Below, in pieces: positions 46,540 to 56,772 of a stretch of 64,000 nt of DNA. The notes beneath the pieces are model-generated. The model worked only from the letters and a program-made list of their open reading frames with translations. It was not told the DNA's origin and searched no databases. Each line of letters starts with the position of its first letter. Position 1 is the stretch's first letter. The DNA is from an uncultured Prevotellaceae bacterium (GTDB taxonomy: Bacteria > Bacteroidota > Bacteroidia > Bacteroidales > Bacteroidaceae). The stretch is from assembly GCA_902785695.1 (NCBI GenBank), contig CACZZQ010000009.1, positions 1,088 through 65,087 on the forward strand, given 5' to 3'. Both the position numbers and the translations under genes were made by a program.

Positions 46540-48678
46540 ATGGGTACACCGACCGCCATACAACCGCTGATACAAGACCCCACAATGATATTTTTCGTGG
46601 TGCTGCTCATCGTGCTCTTCGCGCCTATCGTGATGAGCAAGCTACGCATTCCGCATATCATAGGACTGGTGCTGGCGGGTGTGCTGATAGGTGAACACGG
46701 GTTCAACCTGCTGGCTCGCGACACGTCGTTCGAGGTCTTCGGACAGGTGGGTCTCTACTATATCATGTTCCTGGCAGGACTGGAGATGGACTTGGAGAGC
46801 ATCAAGAAGAACTCCAAACGACTGGTGATCTTCGGACTGCTCACCTGTTTCGTGCCACTGGTACTGACCTACGTGATGTCGGTCACCATACTGGGATATG
46901 GCGACAAGGCCTCGTTTCTGCTGGGATGTATCATGGCTTCTAATACGCTGGTGGCCTACCCCATCATTGGCCGCTACGGCCTGCAGCGCAACTCGAGCGT
47001 GATGCTGAGCGTGGGAAGTTCGATGCTGTCGCTCTTCCTGGCACTGGTGATGCTGGCCATACTGGTGGGTACGTTCAGCGATAACAGCGGATGGCTGTTC
47101 TGGCTCCTGTTTGTAGCAAAGTTTGCGGCATTCTGTGCCGGCAGTATTTTTATTATCCCCCGGCTGACGCGCTATTTCCTCAGGCGATACAGCGATGCAG
47201 TGATGCAGTATATCTTCGTGATGGCAGTGATGTTTATCAGTGCGGCCATGTCGGCACTCATCGGACTGGAGGGCATCTTCGGTGCATTCTTCTCGGGACT
47301 GATTATCAACAGATACATACCCCACGTGTCGCCGCTGATGAACCGTATCGAGTTTATAGGCAACGCACTCTTCATCCCCTATTTCCTGATTGGCGTGGGA
47401 ATGCTCATCAACCTGCGATCGCTCTCGGATGGTGCCGAGGTATGGGGCATCATGTTCCTCATCGCCTTCTTCGGCACCTTCGGAAAGGCACTGGCGGCAT
47501 ATATCTCTGCCCTGCTGTTCAAGTTGACAAAATCGGAAGGAAAGATGATGTTCGGTCTGACTTCGGCTCATGCTGCCGGTGCCATAGCGATGGTGATGGT
47601 GGGGCGCGAGCTGATGATTGGCGACGGCGTGGCACTGGCCGACAACAATATGCTGAACGGTGTGGTCCTCATGATTCTGGTCACCTGTGTCGTTTCGACC
47701 TTTACAACGGAGAGGGCTTCACAGCAGCTGGTCATTGCTAATAGCCAACAGCCAATAGCTAAAAGCAACAAGAACGATGACGAGCGTATCATGGTGTGTG
47801 TAAAATATCCCGAGATAGCACCGCAACTGCTGGAGCTGGCTCTGCTCGTGAGAAACCAGAAACTGAAACGCGAGCTGGTGGCACTCAACGTGGTGTACGA
47901 CGGCGAAAACAGTATGCCCGAACGCGAGAAGGGTATACAACTGTTGGAGAAACTGCAACAGCAGGCAAGCGCAGCGGAGGTGCAGGTACAGACGCAAGTG
48001 CGACTGGCCACGAACATTGCCAACGGCATCAAGCACGCCTTCCGCGAGAGCGGATGCTCGGAGGTGGTGATGGGTATGCACGTGCATACGGAGGTGAGCA
48101 AAAAGTTCTGGGGTGAGTTCATACAGAGTCTCTACAACGGACTGAACCGCCAGATTATACTGATGCGATTCACTCAGCCGCTGAGCACCCTGCGTCGCAT
48201 ACAGGTGGTAGTACCCAGCAGGGCAGAATACGAGCATGGCTTCCGGCGATGGCTGGAGCGCCTGTGCAGGTTTGCAGGACAGTTGGACTGCCGCGTACTG
48301 TTCCACGGACGCAACGAATCACTGGAACCGATTCAGAAGTATATTAACATCCATCATCCTAACGTACGTGCAGAATATACGTTTATGGCACACTGGAACG
48401 AACTGCCGCAGCTGGCCAGTCATATAGGAACAGACAACCTTCTGGTGGTGGTCACTGCACGTAAGGGTACCATCAGCTATAAGAACGCACTCGACCGCCT
48501 GCCCGATGAGCTGACAAAATTTTTCTCGGGTACCAACCTGATGATCATCTTCCCCGACCAGTACGGCAACGCAAAGGAAGAGAAGATGAGCTTCACCGAG
48601 GCACAGCACCATGAGGAGAATAGCATCTATGATACGCTGCTACGATGGATACACTCAAAACGTCCAACTAAGTTATGA
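46540..48678 (+). CDS. CPA2 cation:proton antiporter with C-terminal USP-like domains
   Basis: '[17 protein letters not shown]', 'MFLAGLE', 'IFGAF', 'IPYFLIGVG'; soluble C-terminus. Confidence 0.9.
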   Translation: MGTPTAIQPLIQDPTMIFFVVLLIVLFAPIVMSKLRIPHIIGLVLAGVLIGEHGFNLLARDTSFEVFGQVGLYYIMFLAGLEMDLESIKKNSKRLVIFGLLTCFVPLVLTYVMSVTILGYGDKASFLLGCIMASNTLVAYPIIGRYGLQRNSSVMLSVGSSMLSLFLALVMLAILVGTFSDNSGWLFWLLFVAKFAAFCAGSIFIIPRLTRYFLRRYSDAVMQYIFVMAVMFISAAMSALIGLEGIFGAFFSGLIINRYIPHVSPLMNRIEFIGNALFIPYFLIGVGMLINLRSLSDGAEVWGIMFLIAFFGTFGKALAAYISALLFKLTKSEGKMMFGLTSAHAAGAIAMVMVGRELMIGDGVALADNNMLNGVVLMILVTCVVSTFTTERASQQLVIANSQQPIAKSNKNDDERIMVCVKYPEIAPQLLELALLVRNQKLKRELVALNVVYDGENSMPEREKGIQLLEKLQQQASAAEVQVQTQVRLATNIANGIKHAFRESGCSEVVMGMHVHTEVSKKFWGEFIQSLYNGLNRQIILMRFTQPLSTLRRIQVVVPSRAEYEHGFRRWLERLCRFAGQLDCRVLFHGRNESLEPIQKYINIHHPNVRAEYTFMAHWNELPQLASHIGTDNLLVVVTARKGTISYKNALDRLPDELTKFFSGTNLMIIFPDQYGNAKEEKMSFTEAQHHEENSIYDTLLRWIHSKRPTKL

Positions 48679-49412
48679 TCGAAATAAAAAACATTACCAA
48701 GAGCTTCGGCTCACTGCAAGTACTGAAAGGCATAGACCTCCATATAGACAAAGGGGAGGTAGTGAGTATCGTAGGCCCCAGCGGCGCAGGTAAGACCACA
48801 CTGCTGCAAATCATCGGCACACTGGATAAGCCCGATAGCGGCACGATATGCATTGACAAGTTTTACACCCACCTGCTAAACAAAAAACAACTGGCCGACT
48901 TCCGCAACAAGCACCTGGGCTTCGTGTTCCAGTTCCACCAGCTGCTGCCAGAATTTACAGCCATAGAAAACATCATGATTCCAGCTTATATTGCAGGAAC
49001 ATCAAGGAAGGCTGCCAAAGAGCGCGCTACAGAACTGCTGCAGTTCATGGGACTTACCGATCGCGCCAACCACAAACCCAACGAGTTGAGTGGTGGTGAG
49101 AAGCAGCGCGTGGCCGTGGCACGGGCATTGGTAAACAACCCTGCCGTCATACTGGCCGACGAGCCCAGCGGATCGCTCGATACGAAGAACAAGGAGGAAC
49201 TGCACAAACTATTCTTCGACCTGCGAGACAAGTACGGACAGACCTTCGTCATCGTCACCCACGACGAGACCTTGGCCAACATCACCGACCGCACCATACA
49301 CATGAAGGACGGATTGCTGGAGCTCCAAGCCCCCCTTACTGCCCCCGAGGGGGCCTCTATAGACGTTGAGACTAATGTAGCCCCCACGGGGGCAGAAGGG
49401 GGGGCCGCATGA
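48675..49412 (+). CDS. lolD: ABC transporter ATP-binding protein (LolD-like) with repeat-derived C-terminal tail
   Basis: 'GPSGAGKT', 'FVFQFHQLL', '[14 protein letters not shown]', '[10 protein letters not shown]'. Confidence 0.85.
   Translation: MIEIKNITKSFGSLQVLKGIDLHIDKGEVVSIVGPSGAGKTTLLQIIGTLDKPDSGTICIDKFYTHLLNKKQLADFRNKHLGFVFQFHQLLPEFTAIENIMIPAYIAGTSRKAAKERATELLQFMGLTDRANHKPNELSGGEKQRVAVARALVNNPAVILADEPSGSLDTKNKEELHKLFFDLRDKYGQTFVIVTHDETLANITDRTIHMKDGLLELQAPLTAPEGASIDVETNVAPTGAEGGAA
49329..49405 (+). mobile_element. GC-rich palindromic element inserted in-frame (copy C)
   Basis: GCCCCCCTTACTGCCCCCGAGGGGGCCTCTATAG...GCCCCCACGGGGGCAGAAGGGGGGGC; encodes [26 protein letters not shown]. Confidence 0.78.
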
Positions 49413-50287
49413 TAAAACTTGGCGATTACAACACCCTGAAAGCCATTCGTCGCGCTGAACAGGGATTCTACTTGGAAGGCGACGAAGCAAGCGGCGACAT
49501 CCTGCTGCCGAATCGCTACGTGCCTGATGGTTTTCCCATCGGGAAAGAGATAGAGGTCTTCGTTTACCTCGACCAAGAAGAGCGACTCATTGCCACCACC
49601 GAGAAGCCACTGGCGAAGGTGGGCGAGTTTGCCTCATTGGAGGTAGCATGGATCAACAAATACGGGGCATTCCTGAAATGGGGACTGATGAAGGATCTCT
49701 TCTGTCCGTTCCGTGAACAGAAACAGCGTATGGAGGTGGGTAAGCACTACATCGTCTACGTCAAAGAGGACGAAGAGACCCACCGACTGATGGCTACGGC
49801 AAAAGTAGAGAAACATCTGGTCGCTGCCCCCGCTTCAGCAGGCAGTGTGTCCAGCGGTTTCCCCGCTGGACCTACAGAGCCACTTCATCACGGCGACCCC
49901 TGCGACTGCCTCGTCTGGCAAAAGACCGACTTAGGTTTCAAGGCTATCATCAACAACCGATATCAGGGACAGATCTACGACAACCAAATCTTCCAGCCCC
50001 TGCACTCGGGCAACCGTCTCACGGCCTACATTGACCACGTGCGTCAGGACGGCAAGATAGACATCACGCTACAGCCCACAGGCCGTCAGCACACATTGGA
50101 CTTTGCCGAAGTACTCCTCCGCTATCTCTACGAGAACGACGGGTACTGCGACCTGGGCGACAAGAGCGATGCCGAACTCATTTACGACCGCTTCAAGGTG
50201 TCGAAGAAGGCATACAAAAAAGCCATCGGAGACCTGTATCGCCGACGGCTGATTGTTATCGAAGAAGAGGGGATTCGCTTGGCTTAA
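49409..50287 (+). CDS. cvfB: CvfB/YitL family S1 RNA-binding protein
   Basis: 'LGDYNTL', 'ILLPNRY', '[12 protein letters not shown]', '[13 protein letters not shown]'. Confidence 0.88.
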   Translation: MIKLGDYNTLKAIRRAEQGFYLEGDEASGDILLPNRYVPDGFPIGKEIEVFVYLDQEERLIATTEKPLAKVGEFASLEVAWINKYGAFLKWGLMKDLFCPFREQKQRMEVGKHYIVYVKEDEETHRLMATAKVEKHLVAAPASAGSVSSGFPAGPTEPLHHGDPCDCLVWQKTDLGFKAIINNRYQGQIYDNQIFQPLHSGNRLTAYIDHVRQDGKIDITLQPTGRQHTLDFAEVLLRYLYENDGYCDLGDKSDAELIYDRFKVSKKAYKKAIGDLYRRRLIVIEEEGIRLA

Positions 50288-50305
50288 GCAAATCCCTTCC
50301 TTTTT

Positions 50306-51280
50306 TTAGAAAATGCGTCCGGTCAAACGGATGGTCAGCGTAGGATAAACGGTAATCTTACTCAGGATCTTCAGAGCATCACCGCCTTCACCATTGGTAT
50401 TCTCCTTTGTCAGCTTTTCTTCACCGTTCTTACCATTGACATACACGTCTGGTGTACCCCAGAACTGGCAACCAAGGTCACACTGCACACCAATACGATT
50501 GCGAGGAACGGCACGACCGATACCTATACCAACGTATGGACGAAAGCCGGCCACCTGGATGCTGGCATTGAGATTACCGTCGGTGGTTGGCTCCAGGAAA
50601 TAATCGCCCAGCTCAACACCAATCTGCTTCACACCAGAAATAGGAGTATTGCTGCCATATATGAATGTTCCCACGTGAGTTTCACGGTCTACACCCGTCA
50701 GACTTGAGTTGAAGTTGCTCACAGCCTTCAAAGCACCCTCATCCTTATTATACACCTTGACAATCTTCTTAGAGCCGAAATAGCCACCGACAGTCAGGTG
50801 AAGACTGTTGAACTCGGCAAAAGGATAGACATCAATAAGGAAATGGAACGTGGTCATATTCAGTTTGCCCTGCACCTTCAGATTGTTGGGAAGAGAGGCT
50901 ACACCATTATCTGCAAGGAATTGGCTATAGGCTGGATCGGTATTGCTTAATCCGCTAACCTTGCTCAAATCAAGGTCAGCATTCACCTTCACATTAGGTA
51001 CCCAGTCAACACCAGCACGCAGGCCGATATAGTCGGAAAACTGAGTAGACAAATCAAACGTAACACCCGTCGTTCCAACACCAAGGCTCGCACCAAGCTT
51101 ATTGGGTAAAAACGAACTGGAACCAGAGTTCCCCTTCTCTGAGAAATACGAGAAAGTGGGATACTGTGGCGTACTCTGTACCGTCGTAGCAACAGTATCC
51201 TGTACCGTTGTTGTTAACACCTGTGCATGAACAGATGTGATACCCAGCATCACACAGCTCAAAACAAATAATTTCTTCAT
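50306..51280 (-). CDS. Hypothetical outer-membrane beta-barrel protein
   Basis: Signal peptide; 'GVGTTG', 'RPYVGIGIGRA', C-terminal 'RLTGRIF'. Confidence 0.7.
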   Translation of the reverse strand: MKKLFVLSCVMLGITSVHAQVLTTTVQDTVATTVQSTPQYPTFSYFSEKGNSGSSSFLPNKLGASLGVGTTGVTFDLSTQFSDYIGLRAGVDWVPNVKVNADLDLSKVSGLSNTDPAYSQFLADNGVASLPNNLKVQGKLNMTTFHFLIDVYPFAEFNSLHLTVGGYFGSKKIVKVYNKDEGALKAVSNFNSSLTGVDRETHVGTFIYGSNTPISGVKQIGVELGDYFLEPTTDGNLNASIQVAGFRPYVGIGIGRAVPRNRIGVQCDLGCQFWGTPDVYVNGKNGEEKLTKENTNGEGGDALKILSKITVYPTLTIRLTGRIF

Positions 51281-51299
51281 AACGATTAGTATTTTTAAG

Positions 51300-52736
51300 T
51301 TAGAACTCTGCGCTTTTTGGTGTACGTGGGAACGGGATGACGTCGCGGATGTTCTGCATACCCGTCACAAAGAGGATGAGACGCTCGAAACCAAGACCGA
51401 AGCCGGCATGAGGACAACTGCCCCAACGACGGGTGTCGATATACCACCAGAGGTGGGTCTGATCCATCTGGCGACGCTCAATCTCGCCCATCAGCTTGTC
51501 GTAACTCTCCTCACGGACAGAACCACCGATAATCTCACCAATCTGCGGGAACAGCACGTCGGTACCCTGCATGGTAGGACCAGGAGCAACAGCACCCTTG
51601 TAACCGATAGAGCCCTCGCCCTGTGCCTCGTTCTGTTTCATATAGAACGACTTGAATGCACGGGGGTAGTCGGTCATAATAACGGGCTTCTTGAAGTGCT
51701 CCTCAACGAGGTAACGCTCGTGTTCAGAAGCAAGATCATCGCCCCAGTTGCATGGGAACTCGAACTTCTTACCGTTCTTGATTGCTTCCTGCAAGATATT
51801 GATACCCTCAGTATATGGCAGGCGGACGAAGGTCTCCTTCAACACACCCTGCAGGCGCTCGATAAGAGTCTTGTCAATCATCTTATTAAGGAACTCGAGG
51901 TCGTCCTTACAATTGTCAAGAGCCCAGCGCACGCAGTACTTGATGAAGTCCTCTTCGAGATCCATCAGCTCTTCCTGATCCAAGAAAGCCACCTCGGGCT
52001 CTACCATCCAGAACTCAGCCAAGTGACGAGGGGTGTTTGAATTCTCGGCGCGGAATGTAGGACCAAAGGTATAGATGGCACCTAAGGCCGTAGCGCCAAG
52101 TTCTCCTTCCAACTGACCGGAAACGGTCAGCGAGGTCTGCTCGCCAAAGAAATCATCATCGTAGATAATCTTTCCCTGTTCGTCCTTCTTCAGGTCGTAG
52201 AGGTTCTTGGTAGTCACCTGGAACATATTTCCTGCGCCTTCACAGTCAGAAGCTGTAATCAGTGGTGTGTGGAAATAATAGAAGCCATGCTCGTGGAAAT
52301 AGGTATGAATAGCCATCGCCATATTGTGACGGATACGCATCACGGCACCAAAGGTGTTGGTGCGCAGACGCATATGGGCGTTCTTACGCATAGCCTCGAA
52401 ACTCTGACCTTTCTTCTGCATGGGATAGTCGTTGCCACAGAGACCGTAAACCACCAGATTGACAGCCTGAATCTCACTGCTCTGACCGGCACCCTGGCTC
52501 TCTACCAGTGTACCCTCTGCACAGATGCAGGCACCAGTAGTGATGTCCTTCAGAAGCTGTTCATCGAACTTAGTAGGATCTACCACAATCTGCACGTTAT
52601 TGATAGTTGAACCATCATTGAGTGCGATAAAATCAACAGCCTTAGAAGAGCGGTGCGTACGCACCCAGCCCTTCACACAGACCTCCTTACCATATTCCGT
52701 GCTTTTCAGCACATCAATTATCTTTGTTCTTTTCAT
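51300..52736 (-). CDS. asnS: Asparagine--tRNA ligase
   Basis: '[10 protein letters not shown]', '[17 protein letters not shown]', 'GFGLGFERL'. Confidence 0.97.
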   Translation of the reverse strand: MKRTKIIDVLKSTEYGKEVCVKGWVRTHRSSKAVDFIALNDGSTINNVQIVVDPTKFDEQLLKDITTGACICAEGTLVESQGAGQSSEIQAVNLVVYGLCGNDYPMQKKGQSFEAMRKNAHMRLRTNTFGAVMRIRHNMAMAIHTYFHEHGFYYFHTPLITASDCEGAGNMFQVTTKNLYDLKKDEQGKIIYDDDFFGEQTSLTVSGQLEGELGATALGAIYTFGPTFRAENSNTPRHLAEFWMVEPEVAFLDQEELMDLEEDFIKYCVRWALDNCKDDLEFLNKMIDKTLIERLQGVLKETFVRLPYTEGINILQEAIKNGKKFEFPCNWGDDLASEHERYLVEEHFKKPVIMTDYPRAFKSFYMKQNEAQGEGSIGYKGAVAPGPTMQGTDVLFPQIGEIIGGSVREESYDKLMGEIERRQMDQTHLWWYIDTRRWGSCPHAGFGLGFERLILFVTGMQNIRDVIPFPRTPKSAEF

Positions 52737-52737
52737 C

Positions 52738-52799
52738 AACTCTTAACTCTTAATCGGCGAAGCCGACAACTCTTAACTCTTAATTCTTAACTCTTAACT
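52738..52799. repeat. Heptamer tandem repeat (AACTCTT) with embedded TCGGCGAAGCCGA hairpin
   Basis: Read directly between rluB and asnS. Confidence 0.85.
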
Positions 52800-54249
52800 A
52801 TTCATACGCTCCCATGCGCAGACGGTCAACCTCGTCCTCGGTGAGGTAACGCCAGTCGCCGCGACGCAGGTTCTTCTTGGTGAGACCGGCAAACTGTACG
52901 CGGTCAAGCTTCAACACCTTATAGCCGAAGCTCTCGAAGATACGGCGCACGATGCGATTCTTGCCAGAGTGAATCTCAATGCCCACCTGTTTCTTGTCCA
53001 CGGGATCGGCATACTCAATGGCATCGGCCTTGATCTCACCATCGTCGAGGGTGATACCGTTGGCTATCTCCTCCATGTCATGTGCCGTCACGTTACGATC
53101 CAGATAGACATGATAGATCTTCTTCTTCAGGAACTTAGGATGGGTCAGCTTGGAAGCCAAATCACCATCATTGGTCAACAGCAACACACCTGTTGTATTG
53201 CGGTCGAGACGTCCTACAGGATAGATACGCTCCGGACAGGCATTCTTCACGAGATCCATCACGGTCTTACGCTGCTGGGGATCATCGCTGGTGGTCACAT
53301 AGTCCTTGGGCTTGTTAAGCAAAACATACACTTTCTTTTCCAACAGTACGGGATCATCGTGGAACTTCACCACATCGGTACGCAACACCTTGGTACCCAA
53401 CTCAGTGACAACTTCACCATTTACGGTGACAACACCTGCCTGGATGAACTCATCGGCCTCACGACGGCTGCAAACGCCGGCATTAGCGAGGAACTTATTC
53501 AGACGGATAGGCTCCGTTGGGTCATAGTTCTGCTCCTTATACTCAATGCGCTTCTTCATGGAGTACTTGGCATTGGGATCATAGTCGGCAGTACGCTGAC
53601 GGAAACCACCCTGTGGACGCTGGCCGTAACCGCCGCCACGCTGCTGGTAACCGCCCTGCTGGGGGCGTTGACCGTAACCGCCGCGCTGCTGGTAGCCACC
53701 CTGCTGGGGACGCTGACCGTAACCACTTCGTGGCTGACCGTATTCACCTCTGGACTGCTGGTAGCCACCCTGCTGGGGACGCTGACCGTAACCACCCTGC
53801 TGACGGGGCTGATAGCCACCCTGACGAGGCTGATAGCCCTGCTCATCACCATTCTGGTTGTAACGGGGACGATAGCCGCCCTGCTGGGGACGCTGCTGGT
53901 AACCACCCTGACGGGGCTGACCATATTCGCCTCTAGGCTGGAAATCGCCCTGCTGACGGGGCTGATAGCCACCATTATTATATGTATTGGTACGTGGACG
54001 ATAGCTGCGCTGTGGTGCTGCACTCTGCAAACCGGCACCAAAGCCCTCGGGACGGAAACCGCCCTCTTCATCCTGACTATTCTTGTTATAACTGGGGCGT
54101 TCGTAATTATTACTTACAGGACGCGATGCGGTGTGAATACGCGGACGTGGTGAGCGTCCTACTGGACGATATTCCTTCTGGTAACCGTCGCGGCTAGCAG
54201 TACTGTCGTTCAACTGCTGTTCTTCTTTCTTTTCGTTCTCGAAATCCAT
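52798..54249 (-). CDS. rluB: 23S rRNA pseudouridine synthase (RluB/RsuA family) with long Q/G/Y/R-rich N-terminal extension
   Basis: S4 'RLNKFLANAGVCSRREAD', 'LNKPKDYV', 'PVGRLDRNTTG'. Confidence 0.9.
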   Translation of the reverse strand: MDFENEKKEEQQLNDSTASRDGYQKEYRPVGRSPRPRIHTASRPVSNNYERPSYNKNSQDEEGGFRPEGFGAGLQSAAPQRSYRPRTNTYNNGGYQPRQQGDFQPRGEYGQPRQGGYQQRPQQGGYRPRYNQNGDEQGYQPRQGGYQPRQQGGYGQRPQQGGYQQSRGEYGQPRSGYGQRPQQGGYQQRGGYGQRPQQGGYQQRGGGYGQRPQGGFRQRTADYDPNAKYSMKKRIEYKEQNYDPTEPIRLNKFLANAGVCSRREADEFIQAGVVTVNGEVVTELGTKVLRTDVVKFHDDPVLLEKKVYVLLNKPKDYVTTSDDPQQRKTVMDLVKNACPERIYPVGRLDRNTTGVLLLTNDGDLASKLTHPKFLKKKIYHVYLDRNVTAHDMEEIANGITLDDGEIKADAIEYADPVDKKQVGIEIHSGKNRIVRRIFESFGYKVLKLDRVQFAGLTKKNLRRGDWRYLTEDEVDRLRMGAYE

Positions 54250-54254
54250 GGTTT

Positions 54255-54370
54255 TTAATTCTTAATTACTAAATCTTAATTCTTAACTCTTAATTTTTAC
54301 TCGGCAAAGCCGATCGCTCGGCTCTGCCGCTTCGCTTTGCGAAGAACTCTTAACTATTAACTCTTGACTT
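54255..54370. repeat. Heptamer tandem repeats with embedded TCGGCAAAGCCGA and CTTCGC..GCGAAG hairpins
   Basis: Read directly between purB and rluB. Confidence 0.8.
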
Positions 54371-54372
54371 TT

Positions 54373-55719
54373 TTAGATTCCTGTATAGTTCCATGGCGTA
54401 ATAGCCATCAATTCTTGTTTTACCTCATCACTGACCTCCAACGTCTGGATGAATTCATGAATGGTCTGCTCGTCCATCTTCTTATTGGTGCGGGTCAGAG
54501 CCTTCAATGTCTCGTAAGGATTGGGATAGGCCTCGCGACGCAGGATGGTCTGAATGGCTTCTGCCACCACTGCCCAGGTGTTCTCCAAGTCCTCGTGTAA
54601 CTTATCCTCGTTGAGAATCAACTTGCGGAGTCCTTTCAGCGTGCTCTGGAAAGCAATGAGCGCGTGTCCCATAGGCACACCAACATTGCGAAGGACGGTA
54701 GAGTCGGTCAGATCACGCTGCAGACGGCTAACTGGCAATTTCTGTGCCAAAAAACTCAAGACAGCATTAGCCATACCCAGATTGCCCTCAGAATTCTCGT
54801 AATCTATGGGGTTCACCTTATGGGGCATAGCACTGGAACCTACCTCGCCGGCCTTGATCTTCTGCTTGAAGTAATCCATCGAGATGTACATCCAGAAGTC
54901 ACGGTCCAAGTCGATGACAATCGTATTGATACGGCGCATGGCATCAAAGATGGCTGCCAACCAGTCGTAGTTGGAAATCTGAGTAGTGTACTGTTCACGC
55001 TCCAAACCCAGTTTCTCGCTCACGAAGCGGTTGCCGAACTCACGCCAGTCGTACTGGGGATATGCCACATGATGGGCATTATAATTACCGGTTGCACCAC
55101 CGAACTTAGCCGTAACAGGCACCTCCTTCAGCGAGCGCAACTGTTCCTCCAAACGATAGACGTAAACCATGATTTCCTTGCCAAGACGCGTGGGAGAAGC
55201 CGGCTGACCGTGGGTCTTTGCCAACATGGCCACATTCTTCCATTCCTCAGCATAGTCGTGAAGTTGTTCGATGAGCTCTTCCAACAGAGGTACATACACC
55301 TGTTCGAGAGCTTCCTTGACAGAAAGAGGCACACTGGTATTGTTGATATCCTGAGAGGTCAAGCCAAAATGTATGAACTCCTTGTACTTCTCAAAGCCAC
55401 CCATAGCATCAAGACGTTCCTTGATGAAATACTCTACGGCCTTCACGTCGTGATTGGTCACAGCCTCAATATCCTTGACGCGCTGCGCATCGGCTGGCGT
55501 AAACTGGCGGTAGATGTCACGCATGGCTTCAAAACGGTCATGGTTGAAATCCTGAAGCTGGGGAAGGGGCAGTTCGCAAAGAGCAATAAAGTATTCTATC
55601 TCAACGCGTACACGGTATCTCACCAATGCATATTCAGAAAAATACTCACTCAGCGGCTCTGTCTTCCCGCGATAGCGACCATCAATAGGCGAGATGGCCG
55701 TCAATAAATTTAGTTCCAT
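54373..55719 (-). CDS. purB: Adenylosuccinate lyase
   Basis: 'SPIDGRY', 'TNHDVKAVEY', 'GSSAMPHKVNP'. Confidence 0.97.
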   Translation of the reverse strand: MELNLLTAISPIDGRYRGKTEPLSEYFSEYALVRYRVRVEIEYFIALCELPLPQLQDFNHDRFEAMRDIYRQFTPADAQRVKDIEAVTNHDVKAVEYFIKERLDAMGGFEKYKEFIHFGLTSQDINNTSVPLSVKEALEQVYVPLLEELIEQLHDYAEEWKNVAMLAKTHGQPASPTRLGKEIMVYVYRLEEQLRSLKEVPVTAKFGGATGNYNAHHVAYPQYDWREFGNRFVSEKLGLEREQYTTQISNYDWLAAIFDAMRRINTIVIDLDRDFWMYISMDYFKQKIKAGEVGSSAMPHKVNPIDYENSEGNLGMANAVLSFLAQKLPVSRLQRDLTDSTVLRNVGVPMGHALIAFQSTLKGLRKLILNEDKLHEDLENTWAVVAEAIQTILRREAYPNPYETLKALTRTNKKMDEQTIHEFIQTLEVSDEVKQELMAITPWNYTGI

Positions 55720-55844
55720 TTTTACTATCTAGATAATATACTCTTCAAATGAGATTGCAAAGGTACAAAAAAAAGTAAAAAGTAAGGAGTGAAAAGTGAA
55801 GAATTTGCTTCCGCTGTATGATTTTCTTGATATTTAACAAAAAA

Positions 55845-55872
55845 AAGAGTTCCAAATCACTTTGGAACTCTT
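55845..55872 (-). terminator. Intrinsic terminator of tRNA-Val
   Basis: AAGAGTTCCAAA-tcac-TTTGGAACTCTT followed by a T-run on the minus strand. Confidence 0.8.
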
Positions 55873-55874
55873 AG

Positions 55875-55949
55875 TGGGCGTTGACGGATTCGAACCGCCG
55901 ACCCTCTGCTTGTAAGGCAGATGCTCTAAACCAACTGAGCTAAACGCCC
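55875..55949 (-). tRNA. tRNA-Val (anticodon TAC)
   Basis: GGGCGTTTAGCTCAGTTGGTTTAGAGCATCTGCCT-TAC-AAGCAGAGGGTCGGCGGTTCGAATCCGTCAACGCCCA; CCA not encoded. Confidence 0.96.
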
Positions 55950-56028
55950 TTACTTCTTGTAAGCGGGTGCAAAGGTACGCACTTTATTTGAGTCCACCAA
56001 ATTATTTAACAGTTTTTTAGATAAAAGT

Positions 56029-56772
56029 TTACAGAAGGTTGAAACAAAGACATAGACCACCCGTAAAATCCTGACAATTATACAACCCGCACTGCACAAA
56101 GAAATACTTATAGATACGGCAATCCACGCCTACATTCACAGCATGGCCATCCCACTCTACCATGCCACGCAATGGCTGGTAAAAGGACGGTTGGTAAGTC
56201 AGACCACCTACTACACCATTCCATTTACGGTTATAGTCACGTTTCCATTGACGATAAGCGATATGAGCACCAAGGATATGACCGCCAAGATCTAAATGCT
56301 TCGAGGCAGCCACGAAGAAATTGCGATAATAGTTACTGCCCGACTCGCCTCCATCTGAAGAACCATAGACATCATTGCCTCCTACAGCCAAAGAAGGCCA
56401 CCAGCGGTCTTCCAATATGGGTTGTATCTTCACAGAGAAATAGCGATCCTTTGCATAAAAGCCGGTTTCACGCTCTGGATTCAAATTATAATGAAATTTC
56501 CAGAGCGTACAGCCATAGCCTATCTCAAGCCAGCGGAAAGCAGTAACACTCATATAGTGAGTCATGGTATTGAACTTCTCGCCATCACACTTCATACCAT
56601 CTGGAACCATGTCCTTTGGCACGAAATCAATGCCTAAACGAGCCAAGCCAATGGTATCCATATCGGCTGTAGGTACATGAATCAAGCCGTTCATACCCAC
56701 ATGCATCTGAGCATGAAGGGTAACAGTTGTGTTAAGGCACACAAGCAGCAGTATGAGTAATGTCTTCTTCAT
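56029..56772 (-). CDS. YjbH-domain outer-membrane protein (N-terminal-type half)
   Basis: 'GMNGLIHVPTADM', 'DRYFSVK', 'PSLAVGGND', 'VEWDG'. Confidence 0.72.
   Translation of the reverse strand: MKKTLLILLLVCLNTTVTLHAQMHVGMNGLIHVPTADMDTIGLARLGIDFVPKDMVPDGMKCDGEKFNTMTHYMSVTAFRWLEIGYGCTLWKFHYNLNPERETGFYAKDRYFSVKIQPILEDRWWPSLAVGGNDVYGSSDGGESGSNYYRNFFVAASKHLDLGGHILGAHIAYRQWKRDYNRKWNGVVGGLTYQPSFYQPLRGMVEWDGHAVNVGVDCRIYKYFFVQCGLYNCQDFTGGLCLCFNLL

Noticed and set aside
52969-54153. 394-aa plus-strand ORF
   Set aside because: Antisense shadow of rluB; its repeats mirror the rluB repeats.
54664-55707. 347-aa plus-strand ORF, and similar long antisense ORFs at 10584, 32594, 36157, 46642 and 51237
   Set aside because: Antisense to clear conserved genes, explained by codon bias, with no motifs of their own.
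55875-55949. tRNA-Val as an integration site
   Set aside because: No duplicated tRNA 3' end or integrase was seen; flanks are housekeeping genes and an ordinary terminator.
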